64,000 bases of DNA from Phyllosticta citribraziliensis (lineage: Eukaryota), in assembly GCF_038025025.1 (NCBI RefSeq), contig NW_027117338.1, forward strand, positions 2,480,001 through 2,544,000, written 5' to 3'. Of the stretch, positions 63,141 through 64,000 are shown piece by piece (positions within the stretch are counted from its first letter, which is position 1; each line of letters starts with the position of its first letter). The position numbers and the translations under genes were made by a program. The notes under the pieces are model-generated. The model was given only the letters and a program-made list of their open reading frames with translations. It ran no database searches and was not told the origin of the DNA.

Positions 63141-64000
63141 ATGGTCGCAGTGGATCGCGGACACCAAAATCCGCTTTTCTTCGATGAATTCAACGCGACG
63201 AGCTACGGCGGATCTCTAAAAGAGCAAGGAAAGGTCGGAAAAGAGGCATTTTGGCAAGCAAGTGATGACCCGGACGAGCAACTGAGACGTTGCTGGCGGC
63301 TGCAGACGTGCGGGTCGTGCTTGAGCGAGGGAGGTGGGAGGTCATGTGGGTGGTGTCCGTTGGTGAGTTTTATTTCCCTATCCTACTGCTCTCTTGTCGC
63401 CGGCCATAATCAACCACATCGATTACCAGCGCACATCTACAAGACTTTTCCTGATCCCCGAATATGACCACCACCTCATCCACTCTTGAGCCTTCCAATC
63501 TCTCCTTCTATTTCCACCACCACCAAGCACAAATCTAACAACCTACCCCTCGGTCCGCAGTCATCAACATGCGTCGCGCTGCCCACCTCCCCACGCTCCC
63601 TCCCCCTCATCCTGCTCCCCCTCGCCCACCCCGACATCTGCAGCCAGCCGTCCGAGCGCTTCGAACTGCGCACCAAGTCGTTTGGCCGCGACAGCTGCAA
63701 CGTGTCGACGCTAACGGTGCTGACGGCCGTCGTCGCCGCCGCGTGCGGCGTCGCGCTCGTCTTCTTGGCGTGGGCGCTCTGGCGCGCCGGCGGTGGGCTG
63801 TGGAGGAGCTGGAGGGAGGCGCGGGGTGGGACGGAGTTGTTGGTCGAAGAGGATGGCGTCTGTGGGCAGAGGAGGACGTGGCGCGTTTGGGAGAGAGGTG
63901 ATGGGAAGGATGGATGGCGGGGGTTTGTGAGGAGGTGGAAGTGGTTCACGGGTGGGAAGCGGGAAGAGGACAGTGCGGATGCGGAGAGGAGAGCTTTGTT
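63141..64000 (+). CDS. Cys-rich (PSI/plexin-repeat-like) single-pass membrane protein. Exon 1 63141-63362, intron 63363-63560, exon 2 63561 to beyond 64000 (3' truncated by the window)
   Basis: The GTGAGT...CTAAC...CGCAG intron joins CWRLQTCGSCLSEGGGRSCGWCPL to SSTCVALP...DICSQPSERFELRTKSFGRDSCNVSTLT in phase 0. A hydrophobic segment VLTAVVAAACGVALVFLAWALW follows, then a basic, Trp-rich tail. Confidence 0.85.

Noticed and set aside
63476..63949. ORFs 63569..63901 (+) and 63476..63949 (-)
   Set aside because: Wrong frames; the spliced frame starting at 63561 gives the coherent Cys/TM protein.

Overview
Filamentous-ascomycete (Pezizomycotina-type) genomic DNA in three parts. (1) A GC-rich gene region, 1-~6250, holds a divergent pair: APC/C subunit Cut9/Cdc16 (minus strand, 1 intron) and splicing factor Yju2/Cwc16. 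(2) A ~56-kb AT-rich block, ~6260-62600, is saturated by repeat-induced point mutation (RIP). (3) A GC-rich region holds a spliced gene for a Cys-rich (PSI-like) single-pass membrane protein that runs off the window end. The AT-rich block resolves by LTR pairs and target-site duplications (TSDs) into one nested stack; the letter names are mine. A ~3-kb hAT DNA transposon contains Gypsy-A (9190-62485), which contains Gypsy-C and Gypsy-D. Gypsy-C contains Gypsy-F and Gypsy-E, and E contains Gypsy-B1. Gypsy-D contains a B solo LTR and Gypsy-B2. Four observations stand out. Gypsy-D has no polypurine tract; an exact inverted copy of its primer-binding region sits before the 3' LTR, suggesting an unconventional priming mechanism. 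Families B and A each carry an antisense accessory gene for a Cys-cluster protein, and the B gene contains introns and resembles DUF3716. B, C, E and F show Tf1-type self-priming complementarity. CGCG runs behave as all-or-none RIP survivors. All TE protein readings are manual de-RIP interpretations, not database results.
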